DNA of 64,000 bases from Macrostomum hystrix (lineage: Eukaryota > Animalia > Platyhelminthes). The translations under genes and the position numbers were made by a program. This document shows, in pieces, positions 13,615 through 26,900 of the stretch. The stretch is from NCBI GenBank assembly GCA_950097015.1, contig CATNEN010000029.1, positions 2,356,001-2,420,000 of the forward strand, in the 5' to 3' direction. The notes under the pieces were generated by a model. It worked only from the letters and a program-made list of their open reading frames with translations, ran no database searches and was not told the origin of the DNA. Each line of letters starts with the position of its first letter. The stretch's first letter is position 1.

Positions 13615-14750
13615 CGCTGTTATGTTGAAATATCCTCAAATCTCTGGTCACAGTTATGTTGAAATATCCTCAAATCTCTGGTCACAGTTATGTTGAAATA
13701 TCCTCAAATCTCTGGTCACAGTTATGTTGAAATATCCTCAAATCTCTGGGTCACTGTTATGTTGAAATATCCTCAAATCTCTGGTCACAGTTATGTTGAA
13801 ATATCCTCAAATCTCTGGTCACAGTTATGTTGAAATATCCTCAAATCTCTGGGTCGCTGTTATGTTGAAATATCCTCAAATCTCTGGGTCACTGTTATGT
13901 TGAAATATCCTCAAATCTCTGGTCACAGTTATGTTGAAATATCCTCAAATCTCTGGTCACAGTTATGTTGAAATATCCTCAAATCTCTGGGTCACTGTTA
14001 TGTTGAAATATCCTCAAATCTCTGGTCACAGTTATGTTGAAATATCCTCAAATCTCTGGTCACAGTTATGTTGAAATATCCTCAAATCTCTGGGTCGCTG
14101 TTATGTTGAAATATCCTCAAATCTCTGGTCACTGTTATGTTGAAATATCCTCAAATCTCTGGTCACTGTTATGTTGAAATATCCTCAAATCTCTGGGTCA
14201 CTGTTATGTTGAAATATCCTCAAATCTCTGGGTCGCTGTTATGTTGAAATATCCTCAAATCTCTGGGTCACTGTTATGTTGAAATATCCTCAAATATCTG
14301 GGTCGCTGTTATGTTGAAATATCCTCAAATCTCTGGTCACTGTTATGTTGAAATATCCTCAAATCTCTGGGTCACTGTTATGTTGAAATATCCTCAAATC
14401 TCTGGGTCACTGTTATGTTGAAATATCCTCAAATCTCTGGGTCGCTGTTATGTTGAAATATCCTCAAATCTCTGGGTCACTGTTATGTTGAAATATCCTC
14501 AAATCTCTGGGTCGCTGTTATGTTGAAATATCCTCAAATCTCTGGGTCACTGTTATGTTGAAATATCCTCAAATCTCTGGGTCACTGTTATGTCCAAATA
14601 TCCTCAAATCTCTGGGTCACTGTTATGTTGAAATATCCTCAAATCTCTGGGTCACTGTTATGTCCAGATATCCTCAAATCTCTGGTCACAATTATGTTGA
14701 AATATCCTCAAATATCTGGTCACAGTTATGTTGAAATATCCTCAAATTTC
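13615..14750. repeat. 34-35 bp minisatellite
   Basis: Unit TATGTTGAAATATCCTCAAATCTCTGG(G)TCACAGT, about 32 copies. Confidence 0.97.
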
Positions 14751-14975
14751 TGTGTCCATTTATTGTTTTCCATGGCAGCTTAAAATATAGTATTTAAAAT
14801 GCATTTCAGTGGCACCTTATCCGCTACGACGGTGTTAGAGCTGCTACGAATCCCAACACAGCGCCTGCTTACAGCGGGGCTCGCCAATTAACTCGTTGGC
14901 CACTGCTTCTCCTTGCTATTTATCTGGTCCACATTGCATATATCTGCTCTCTACTCATAGTAGAAAGTTGAGAAC

Positions 14976-17900
14976 ATGCGGCTTCATCAAATATTAACCG
15001 GCTCGTGCAATGCCACCGCCAGGGCGTTCTCTCGCGGCGTAGCCGAAGGCGCCACATTCATTGCATACGCCAGCGGCTGCGATCTAGTTATCCTCGATGG
15101 CAGCTTCAAGCGTGTTCAAATCCTGCCCGGCGTCACTCACGGCCAGGTGCAAATTAGCGGCCTGGATTGCAGCCAGGAGACTGGCAAAATTGCCGCATCC
15201 TACGGTGATCACATTGTGATCTTCGAGCCTGTACCCGTAACCCAGGAGGACGCATATTTCCCATGTAAATGGAAACGATTTGGCGACATCTGCGCCGATA
15301 GTTCCGTCACCGATCTGGCCTGGAGTCCGAATGGAGACCATCTCATCACTGCCGGCGAGTCCATCCAGATCTGGGTGTCAGCGCCGGCTTTCACCATCAT
15401 CCTGGACGATGGGCTGGACGACCCCGAGCCCAACGGCCCGGCCAAATGGCGCTGCGCATGGGGCCAGAAGCTGTCTAAACCTGTCGATCACGTGCGTTTC
15501 TCATCCGACGGCTTATTCTTCGCCTCCTACGGCCGCAGCGATCCGTTCCTGAAGATCTGGTACCGCGACAATCCGCCTGGCTGCTGCGATTCGGACTCTT
15601 CGGCCGCTGATGACCGGCCGCCGGCCTTCAATTTTGTCTACCTGTCCCACCCGGCGCCAGTGACCGGTTTCTCCTGGCGGCAGACCAGTCAGCACATGCC
15701 GCGCGGCTGCGTTGCCAACCTTTTAATAACATCGTGCGAGGACAATGTCTGCAGGATCTGGTCCGAGACTGTGTTGCCAGATGATGGCTTGATCGATGCG
15801 TCAGCTTCGGCCACCGCTGCGGCTGCTGCTGCCGCCGCCGGCGAGGATGGCGCCACCATCGATTCGGCAGCCGCTTCGGGTGAGACTAATTCTCCAACAT
15901 CTTTTAAATCACCCATCTTCTTCAGACCCATGTTCTAATATTTTTATTATATCCTATCCTTTCCTATGTTCAAATATCCCATCCTGTTCCTATGTTCTAA
16001 TATCCTATCCTTTCCTATGTTCAAATATCCCATCCTGTTCCTATGTTCTAATATCCCATCCTGTTCCTATGTTCTAATATCCCATCCTGTTCCTATGTTC
16101 TAATATCCCATCCTGTTCCTATGTTCTAATATCCCATCCTGTTCCTATGTTCTAATATCCCATCCTGTTCCTATGTTCTAATATCCCATCCTGTTCCTAT
16201 GTTCTAATATCCCATCCTGTTCCTATGTTCTAATATCCCATCCTGTTCCTATGTTCTAATATCCCATCCTGTTCCTATGTTCTAATATCCCATCCTGTTC
16301 CTATGTTCTAATATCCATCCTGTTCCTATGTTCTAATATCCCATCCTGTTCCTATGTTCTAATATCCCATCCTGTTCCTATGTTCTAATATCCCATCATG
16401 TTCCAGGTTCTAATATCCCATCCTGTTCCTATGTTCTAATATCCCATCCTGTTCCTATGTTCTAATATCCCATCCTGTTCCAGGTTCTGATCTTAAAATC
16501 CCTATTTTTCTCTAGATTTGTACTATTATTTCTCTGTAAAAATGTGTACTTCTATTCGGAGCGCCCGCTAACACTAACTCGAAGCAGCTCCGTCAACAGC
16601 CTGGTCGCGCCGATCCGCCGGCCTCAGCATGGGCTGGCCGCAGGAGTTCGGCGCCAGTCGCCAGCCGGGTCGCTCGCCGCTGCCCAGCGTCAGATTCAAT
16701 CTGGTTGCCAGCGTCAATCCGGAGACGGACATTCCACTGATGCCCTCATTTGGTCGGCACCTGCGCGGCGGTGGCGGAAGCGGCAGCAACGGCTTTGTCA
16801 TGCACTGGCTCAACAATAAGTATCTGAATTTCACAAAGCGTTCCTCCCGTCAGCAGCAGCAGCAGCAGCAGCGGCAAAATCGGAAGTTTTTAAACGACGA
16901 AAATAATATCGAAGGGGGAGCGACTTCAGCTGCGACCAGCCTCGACGCCGCCATGGACCGCTGGTACCAGTGCCCGGACATGCTATTCGCCATTCATCCC
17001 TACGACGGCAGCTTCTTGGTTTGGATGGTGGAGTGGATCGACGAGCGCTCATCCGGCTGCTATCGCCAGGCCCATGTCAGCTTCTCTTCTAGCATTCCGC
17101 GCGCCTTCCCAGTCGGCGATGCAATCTCAATGTCATCGCATCTAATATTATACGGCGAGGATGCCGACGTTTGGGGCGGCCTGCCAGCGGCCAGGCAGCA
17201 GCAACAGCTTGGTAATTTTGTTCTTCTCTTTATTAAATCTCTAAAATTATTAGAGAGTTTCGAGTTTGAGCAGGTCTCTTGCTGGTCCTCGAGTTTGAGC
17301 AGTTCCATTCCTGACCCTCGAGTTTGAGCAGTTCCCTTCCTGACCCTCGAGTTTGAGCAGTTCTCTTGCTGGCCCTCGAGTTTGAGCAGGTCTCTTGCTG
17401 GCCCTCGAGTTTGAGCAGGTCTCTTGCTGGCCCTTGAGTTTGAGCAGTTCCATTCCTGACCCTCGAGTTTGAGCAGTTCTCTTCCTGATCTTCCTGACCC
17501 TCAAGTTTTGAGCAGTTCATGATCCCCTGTTTCAAACAACCGCGCAGGCGAATCGCTGTCCACCTCAGTCGGCAACCTGTGGAAAGGCGGAGGCGGAGGC
17601 GGCGCCGGTGGAAAGAGTCGCGGCGGCGGCCTGATCCTGCCATGCGCCATGATCCTGTCCAAGCACCGCAACGGCTCGTTGAACCTGTGGCAGATTAACT
17701 TTGCCGAGAATTCCAGCTACCAGACTGTAGTGAGCATTAGCCATGTGGACCGCATGAGTGGGCATCGCTTTCGCACCAACAATGTCCAATGTCACCCGGT
17801 GCTGCCGCTAGTGCTGACCAGCTCTCAGCACGAATCCCAGCAGCAAGAAGCAGATGCGCAATCGGGGTCTGATTTCAACTCCGAGCTGATCCTGTGGCGC

Positions 17901-20900
17901 GTTGAGTCCGTTGGCCCCCTATCTAGCAGTGGCGGCATGACTGAGCTGGCTCGCGTGAACTCAGCCCTGCCCACGGCCTTCACCCACATGGCTTGGCTAC
18001 CAGTGCTGCTGCCTACCTCTGTTCTGGGCCCGTCGAATCGTTCGCCAGGAACCGTCTTTGTCGCTTTCAATGGCGTCCGATTGCGCTGCTACTTGGCTGT
18101 CATCGATGCCAGAAGCATCCTCACCGCCCGGTCTGGGCGGCATCGGCAACAAGCGGTGCGCTGTTTGGACTGCACTTTCGCAGTCATAATGTTATTTAGG
18201 AAAATTAAAAACTGGCATTTGCCAAGCTTGTGAATGGGTCAACCAGTGAGCTTGTAAATGGGTCAACCAGTGAGCTTGTGAATGGGTCAACCAGTGAGCT
18301 TGTGAATGGTTCAACCAGTGAGCTTGTGAATGGGTCAACCAGTGAGCTTGTGAATGGGTCAACCAGTGAGCTTGTAAATGGGTCAACCAGTGAGCTTGTG
18401 AATGGGTCAACCAGTGAGCTTGTGAATGGGTCAACCAGTGAGCTTGTGAATGGGTCAACCAGTGAGCTTGTGAATGGGTCAACCAGTGAGCTTGTGAATG
18501 GGTCAACCAGTGAGCTTGTGAATGGGTCAACCAGTGAGCTTGTGAATGGGTCAACCAGTGAGCTTGTAAATGGGTCAACCAGTGAGCTTGTGAATGGGTC
18601 AACCAGTGAGCTTGTGAATGGGTCAACCAGTGAGCTTGTGAATGGGTCAACCAGTGAGCTTGTGAATGGGTCAACCAGTGAGCTTGTGAATGGGTCAACC
18701 AGTGAGCTTGTGAATGGGTCAACCAGTGAGCTTGTGAATGGGTCAACCAGTGAGCTTGTGAATGGGTCAACCAGTGAGCTTGTGAATGGGTCAACCAGTG
18801 AGCTTGTAAATGGGTTAACCAGTGAGCTTGTAAATGGGTCAACCAGTGAGCTTGTGAATGGGTCAATCAGTGAGCTTGTAAATGGGTCAACCAGTGAGCT
18901 TGTGAATGGGTCAACAAGTGAGCTTGTGAGTCTTGAGTTTGTGGGTCAGTCAGTGAGCTTGTGAATGGGTCAACCAGTGAGCTTGTGAATGGGTCAATCA
19001 GTGAGCTTGTGAGTCTTGAGTTTGTGGGTCAGTCAGTGAGCTTATCAATTCGTCAATAATTCAGTCTTCTCATAGTTTTTCATCACTCTATTGATTGATA
19101 TTCAGGGCGCCGCAGCCGGCGCTATGAGCTCTTCAACCACCGACACCAGCATTGCTAGCCACGTGTCCCTAGCCGGCAGCGTCAACAGCAGCAGCGAGAT
19201 TGTCAGCCTGCAGAGCGCCTCAAAGCCCGGCTGCGTTGTTGAACTAGCTGAGGTGGCCGACTCGCGCGTGCCAGGGGGCGGCCACGCCCTGATTCTGCAC
19301 GCCTTCGCGGAGCCGCTTGTCACTGGCAGCCGATGGTCAGCTGAGACAGCTTCTAGTAGTACCGCCGCCTCCACAGATGCGCAGACTGGCAATTTCTACC
19401 TGGCAATGCTTGTTGGCGATTCAGACGGCTCTACACGATTGCACGTGTGGCGCATCACTTTAGGTGCGACTGCCAACTCCACAAGCGGCTCTCTTTGATC
19501 TTCCATGCTTCCAGCTCTTAGACAGGCGGCTCCCTTTGATCTTCCATAGCTCTACCAGTTCTTCAGTTAGACAGGCGGCTCCCTTTGATCTTCCATAGCT
19601 CTACCAGTTCTTCAGTTAGACAGGCGGCTTCCTTTGATCTTCCATAGCTCTACCAGTTCTTCAGTTGGACAGGCGGCTCCCTTTGATCTTCCATAGCTCT
19701 ACCAGTTCTTCAGTTAGACAGGCGGCTCCCTTTGATCTTCCATAGCTCTACCAGTTCTTCAGTTGGACAGGCGGCTCCCTTTATTACTCCACTCTTCCAG
19801 TTCTCAGGTTTGGCAGGCGGCTCCCTTTGATCTTCCAGTCTCCCTCTTTTCCTGTCATAGAGCCAAGCCATTTCGCTCGCTCCCTCCGCCAGGCAAGCGC
19901 CCACCAGCAGAGCAGCAGCAGCACGCTGCGGGCGTTGGCAGTCCTAATGAACCGGAGTCACCGCACGCCGACTCCAGCAGGCGCACTCTGCTCAGCGAAC
20001 TCAACCTGACTGTGACGTCAGCTAAGGTGGCCTCCGCTGTTCTCAGCCTTCCACCCGGAGTCGGCATCAGCCAAGCGGCCGTGTCTGCCGGACACCTGAG
20101 CTCGGCCTCAATCTACCCGGCCTGCCTGTCGCCTTACCTGTTGGCCACCGTGTGCACTGACAATCGTATCCGCTTCTGGTCGCCATGGCAACAGCCGCGC
20201 AGCGGCGCCACAGGCTCGGATTGGCGGGAATGGCTAATGCTGGGCGAATCGGCTAGCGCCATTGAGGTGCCCGGCCAGCCGCTGTGCGTCTCCTGCGCCT
20301 ACAGCGGACGCATCGCTGTTGCTTATCGCAGCACCAGCAGCGGAGGCCAGCAGGATGGTGATGAATTGGGAGGCTCCGGTCGTCTATTCGACATTCGAGT
20401 TGCCATCTACGAATGGGAGTCCAGTGGCGGCACCTGTTGGACACTAGAGGACTCAATTCATCTGCACAAGAGCATACTAGCGTCTAGCCTGTGAGTGTCT
20501 GCTGTTGTCCCCTCTCACCTACCAATGCTATCCCCTCTCACCTACCAATGCTATCCCTCTCATCTACCAATGCTATCCCCTCTCATCTACCAATGCTATC
20601 CCCTCTCATCTACCAATGCTATCCCCTCTCACCTACCAATGCTATCCCTCTCATCTACCAATGCTATCCCCTCTCATCTACCAATGCTATCCCCTCTCAT
20701 CTACCAATGCTATCCCTCTCATCTACCAATGCTATCCCTCTCATCTGCCAATGCTATCCCCTCTCATCTACCAATGCTATCCCTCTCATCTACCAATGCT
20801 ATCCCTCTCATCTACCAATGCTATCCCCTCTCATCTACCAATGCTATCCCCCCTCTCATCTACCAATGCTATCCCTGTCATCTACCAATGCTATCCCCTC

Positions 20901-23900
20901 TCATCTACCAATGCTATCCCCTCTCATCTACCAATGCTATCCCCTCTCATCTGCCAATGCTATCCCCTCTCATCTACCAATGCTATCCCTCTCATCTACC
21001 AATGCTATCCCCTCTCATCTACCAATGCTATCCCCTCTCATCTACCAATGCTATCCCTGTCATCTACCAATGCTATCCCCTCTCATCTACCAATGCTATC
21101 CCTGTCATCTACCAATGCCATCCCCTCTCATCTACCAATGCTATCCCCTCTCATCTACCAATGCTATCCCCTCTCATCTACCAATGCTATCCCTGTCATC
21201 TACCAATGCTATCCCTGTCATCTACCAATGCTATCCCCTCTCATCTACCAATGCTATCCCCCCTCTCATCTACCAATGCTATCCCTCTCATCTACCAATG
21301 CTATCCCCTCTCATCTACCAATGCTATCCCTCTCATCTACCAATGCTATCCCCTCTCATCTACCAATGCTATCCCCTCTCATCTACCAATGCTATCCCTG
21401 TCATCTACCAATGCTATCCCTCTCATCTACCAATGCTATCCCCTCTCATCTACCAATGCTATCCCCTCTCATCTACCAATGCTATCCCTCTCATCTACCA
21501 ATGCTATCCCCTCTCATCTACCAATGCTATCCCCTCTCATCTGCCAATGCTATCCCCTCTCATCTACCAATGCTATCCCTCTCATCTACCAATGCTATCC
21601 CCTCTCATCTACCAATGCTATCCCCTCTCATCTACCAATGCTATCCCCCCTCTCATCTACCAATGCTATCCCTCTCATCTACCAATGCTATCCCCTCTCA
21701 TCTACCAATGCTATCCCTCTCATCTACCAATGCTATCCCCTCTCATCTACCAATGCTATCCCCTCTCATCTACCAATGCTATCCCTGTCATCTACCAATG
21801 CTATCCCCTCTCATATACCAATGCTATCCCTGTCATCTACCAATGCTATCCCCTCTCATCTACCAATGCTATCCCTGTCATCTACCAATGCCATCCCCTC
21901 TCATCTACCAATGCTATCCCTGTCATCTACCAATGCTATCCCCTCTCATCTACCGATGCTATCCCCTCTCATCTACCAATGCTATCCCCTCTCATCTACC
22001 AATGCTATCCCCTCTCATCTACCAATGCTATCCCCTCTCATCTACCAATGCTATCCCTGTCATCTACCAATGCTATCCCTCTAACCTATCAATGCTATCC
22101 CTCTCAACTACCAATGTTGTCCCCTCTCACCTACCAATGTTGTCCCCCCGTCACTTGCCGATCCCCTTGCTACCTTGTAGCAAAAGTGTTCAGCCAAACG
22201 GCAGTGTTTCTACTGGGTCAGTCTGGCCGCATGAGCGCTTCGTTCAACTAGACTGGGTGTCCACAGAGGACGGCTCGCATATTCTGTCCGTAGCTGCCAG
22301 CACCTGCATCCAGATGTTTGCTCCGGTGTCGCACGAGTTAGCCACTGCCACCGCTAAGGACTATCACGACATGAAGGCCGCGCTGAAGCGCCAGGGTCGG
22401 GCGGTGTTGCAGCAGCGCACCAAGATGACGGGCGAGTCCGGAGCCGGCCTTGAAATTCGCTGGATGCGCCTGCGGGCTATTCAGCTATCAACGGCTGACG
22501 ATCTGGCTCCGTTGCCAATGCGCGTAGCCTGGGTGCGCGAGGGTCTGCTAGTGGTTGGCATGGACAACGAGTTGCACGTCTATTCCCAGTGGAAGCCTCT
22601 GCTAGGTGGCCTGCTAGGCGCCGTCGATGCCGAGCCGAAGGAGAAGGAAGCTAAAACGGCCGCCATACCGACAATTGCAACGGCAAAGTCTCGCTCCGGC
22701 TACGTTGATAAACGCGAGCTGACTGACTTGGCCCTGTCCAAGTCTGCCGCCAACCTGCCATTGAACCGATTGCACAGCACCTACTCGGCTTATAGCCTCA
22801 CCGAGCACGACCAATTGGCCTCGTCGTCAGCGACAGCTGCGACACAGTCCGGCCAGTCGCAGCACCAAGATCTGGCTTCCTTCATCCAGGATGTTGGCCT
22901 ATTCGAAGCCGCCCAGATTTGCAATCCCACCCTGCCTCAGTATCATCCCAAGAAGCTCATGGAGCTGCTGGGCTTCGGCAAGTTCAAACGAATCCGAGCG
23001 ATTCTAGCACACCTGACGCGATGCGTTGTTGATGGAGCTCAGCCTCATGTGGCTAAGGATGAGGCGGTGAGTTCAGCGCTTTGTGCTGCAGGCCCTGTCT
23101 CCGTAATTTATTGGATATCATCATCATGTTGCTAGCTCATCCCCTGCAACTGTTTTTTTCAGCTTATATCCCATTGATGTCCTAATTTAATCCGATCCCA
23201 CTGTTATCCCATTGAATTCCCATTGATATTCCCACTTTTATTACTCATTGCTTTTTCCAGCTGCTATCTATCCTATTACCATTTCTACTTTACTGAAATT
23301 CCACTTACGAGTATATTCCAATTCATATTCCTACTAAATCCCATTGATATCCCTACTAAATCCCATTGATATCCCTACTAAATCCCATTGATATCCCTAC
23401 TAAATCCCATTGATATCCCTACTAAATCCCATTGATATCCCTACTAAATCCCATTGATATACCTACTAAATCCCATTGATATCCCTACTAAATCCCATTG
23501 ATATCCCTACTAAATCCCATTGATATCCCTACTAAATCCCATTAATATTCCCAATTTAATCCGATTAACAATTCCACTGTTATCGCATTGGTATTCCAGC
23601 TGTAATACTCATTGCTAGTCTGCTACCTTCCAGCAATAGTTTCAGTGTTTATCTTTCTCGCAGGTGCTGGACATCAAAGCCATACCGCCACTGCCACTGT
23701 ACGCCCTGCTGGAGGCCGACAGCGACACGGGCGGCGTTGGCGCCGGCTCCCAATCCGGCGTTGGTGCCGACGCCTCCGCAGCCCTGCTGAATGGTAGCGG
23801 CCTAATCGACGACGCATTCGACGCCGAATCAGCTCTGCCGGACACCTACACGCACGACATCCTGGCGGAGGACGACGGCGAAGAAGCCGACGGCGATGTT

Positions 23901-26900
23901 GACTCGCCGTCCTCTCGACCTCGCCGCCAACGTCTAACATCGACCGGTCATCAGCAAAGCGGCAACCGCATGGCATTCGGTCCGGCCACAGCCAAGCTGC
24001 TCACCGAGCACCTGATGCAGATCCAGCTGCCAGGCCTGAGCCGCCTGGACCAGATGTACCTGCTGGCTCTCGCCGAGGTGGTGGCCAACCTGCAGACTGG
24101 CCTAGGCGCCGATTGGCAGCCGACTACCGCTTCAAGCGGCGCTCGGCTCGCCTCCATGGACGATGGCAGCGTGCGAGGCTACACCAGCACAGAGGGATCT
24201 GTAAGCAATAAAACAATCTAAAAATACTCCCAATCCTTAGTTCTCAAAATCCTCTAAAAACACTCCCAATCTTCATTTCCTAGAAATCCTCTAAAAACAC
24301 TCCCGATCCTCATTTCCTAGAAATCCTCTAAAAACACTCCCGATCCTCAGTTTCTAGAAATCCTCTAAAAACACTCCCGATCCTCATTTCCTAGAAATCC
24401 TCTAAAAACACTCCCGATCCTCATTTCCTAGAAATCCTCTAAAAACACTCCCAATCCTCAGTTCCTAGAAATCCTCTAGAAACACTCCCAATCCACAGTT
24501 CCTAGAAATCCTCTAAAAGCAATCCCGATCCTCAGTTCCTAGAAATCCTCTAAAAACACTCCCAATCCACAGTTCCTAGAAATCCTCTAAAAGCAATCCC
24601 GATCCTCAGTTCCTAGAAATCCTCTAAAAACAATCTCAATCCTCAGTTCCTAGAAATCCTCTAAAAGCAATCCCGATCATCAGTTCTCAATTCTCCGTAA
24701 CTTTCATTTTACGGTTCATAAAAATCCTTTGGAAAAGTCCCAATATGTTACTAGAAATCATACCGTACTCTAGGCTAGGGGTCGTAACCTAGTGGTTAGA
24801 GCGTCGGACTTTCGGATTGAAGGTCGGGAGTTCGATTCCCTAATCCACTGGATAAATGTGTCCTTTAAGTTAGACACTTAACTTATCAGTTCACCCAGCT
24901 GTTGAAATGGTGCCGGCATCAGCTAAGGATGTGTGATGCGTCCCCCCCTTTTAGCTTACATCTGACCCAATTCAGCTAGATTTAGTCAATTATTCCTATT
25001 TTATTATTACTAACTATTAAGCTATGGATACCCAAGGTATCTTGGATTCTTGGATTTCCTCTAAAGTTATCCGATTTTCTCCCGAAACCAATTTCCAGGT
25101 GCGCGGCCTGACAGACTCGCTAGACGCCTGCGGTCTCCGCTTCTTCGTAGTGCTTCAGCACCACACCTACCTGCTGCGCACTCTGCCGCCTGGTCAGCGC
25201 GCCGAATTGGCCCAGAATGGCATCGCGGCTGGCAATCTAGTCTGGGCGTTTCACAGCGAAGCTCAAGAGGAGCTGCTCAGCCGGCTGCCGGTTACAGAGT
25301 CCGGCGACCTCGCCTGGTCGGTCATGAAGCAGTACGGCTGCGGCTGGTGGGTGCGAAACGATTCGCTGCTGAGGCGCTGCGCTGAACGGGCCGCCAAAGC
25401 CGCCTTCCAGGCTAAGCAGGAGCCGTTGGATGCGGCCGTGTTCTACCTGGCGATGCGGCGAGTGAAAGTGTTGGCTGCTCTGTACAGAACAGTCAGCAAT
25501 CAGAAGCTGCAGGATTTCTTTCGCCAGGACTTCAGTCAAGAGCGCTGGCGCACGGCGGCGCTGAAGAATGCCTTTGATTTGCTTGGTGAGCAAAACTGTC
25601 ACATTTTCTATTGCTCTTGCAACCGGAGGTTGGTTTATTTTGGAATAGAGCTGCGAATGCTGTACAAAGTTTCAGGTCAGAACCGTGTGTTGTATAGAGT
25701 CTGGGGACGAAACTGTTAGTGCTGTACAGAGTCTAAGGAATGCGATAAGTGCTGTACAAAGTTTAAGAACGGAGCGGTTAGTGACGAACAGAGTTTGAGA
25801 ACAGATTTTAGAACAGAGCGAGGAGTGATGTACAGAGTTTGAGAACAGATTTTAGAACAGCGGTAGTGATGTACAGAGTTTGAGAACAGATTTTAGAACA
25901 GAGTGGTTAGTGATGTAGAGTTTGAGAACAGATTTTAGAACAGAGTGGTTAGTGATGTAGAGTTTGAGAACAGAGCGGTTAGTGATGTAGAGTTTGAGAA
26001 CAGAGCGGTTAGTGATGTAGAGTTTGAGAACAGAGTGGTTAGTGATGTAGAGTTTGAGAACAGAGTGGGAAGTGATGTAGAGTTTGAGAACAGAGTGGTT
26101 AGTGATGTAGAGTTTGAGAACAGAGTGGTTAGTGATGTAGAGTTTGAGAACAGAGTGGGGAGTGATGTAGAGTTTGAGAACAGAGTGGTTAGTGATGTAG
26201 AGTTTGAGAACAGAGTGGGGAGTGATGTAGAGTTTGAGAACAGAGTGGTTAGTGATGTAGAGTTTGAGAACAGAGTGGTTAGTGATGTAGAGTTTGAGAA
26301 CAGAGTGGGGAGTGATGTAGAGTTTGAGAACAGAGTGGTTAGTGATGTAGAGTTTGAGAACAGAGCGGGGAGTGATGTAGAGTTTGAGAACAGAGTGGGG
26401 AGTGATGTAGAGTTTGAGAACAGAGCGGGGAGTGATGTAGAGTTTGAGAACAGAGCGGGGAGTGATGTAGAGTTTGAGAACAGAGCGGGGAGTGATGTAG
26501 AGTTTGAGAACAGAGTGGGGAGTGATGTAGAGTTTGAGAACAGAGCGGTTAGTGATGTAGAGTTTGAGAACAGAGCGGTTAGTGATGTAGAGTTTGAGAA
26601 CAGAGCGGTTAGTGATGTAGAGTTTGAGAACAGAGCGGTTAGTGATGTAGAGTTTGAGAACAGAGTGGTTAGTGATGTAGAGTTTGAGAACAGAGTGGGA
26701 AGTGATGTAGAGTTTGAGAACAGAGTGGTTAGTGATGTAGAGTTTGAGAACAGAGTGGTTAGTGATGTAGAGTTTGAGAACAGAGTGGGGAGTGATGTAG
26801 AGTTTGAGAACAGAGCGGTTAGTGATGTAGAGTTTGAGAACAGAGTGGTTAGTGATGTAGAGTTTGAGAACAGAGTGGGGAGTGATGTAGAGTTTGAGAA

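Noticed and set aside
18192-18964. ORFs (NGSTSELV)n and (QAHWLTHS)n
   Set aside because: They are stop-free frames of a 24-bp intronic repeat.
20491-22180. 500-870 aa ORFs rich in PLIYQCY/SSTNAIP
   Set aside because: They come from the intron 5 minisatellite. Only the part from 22181 is a true DMXL exon.
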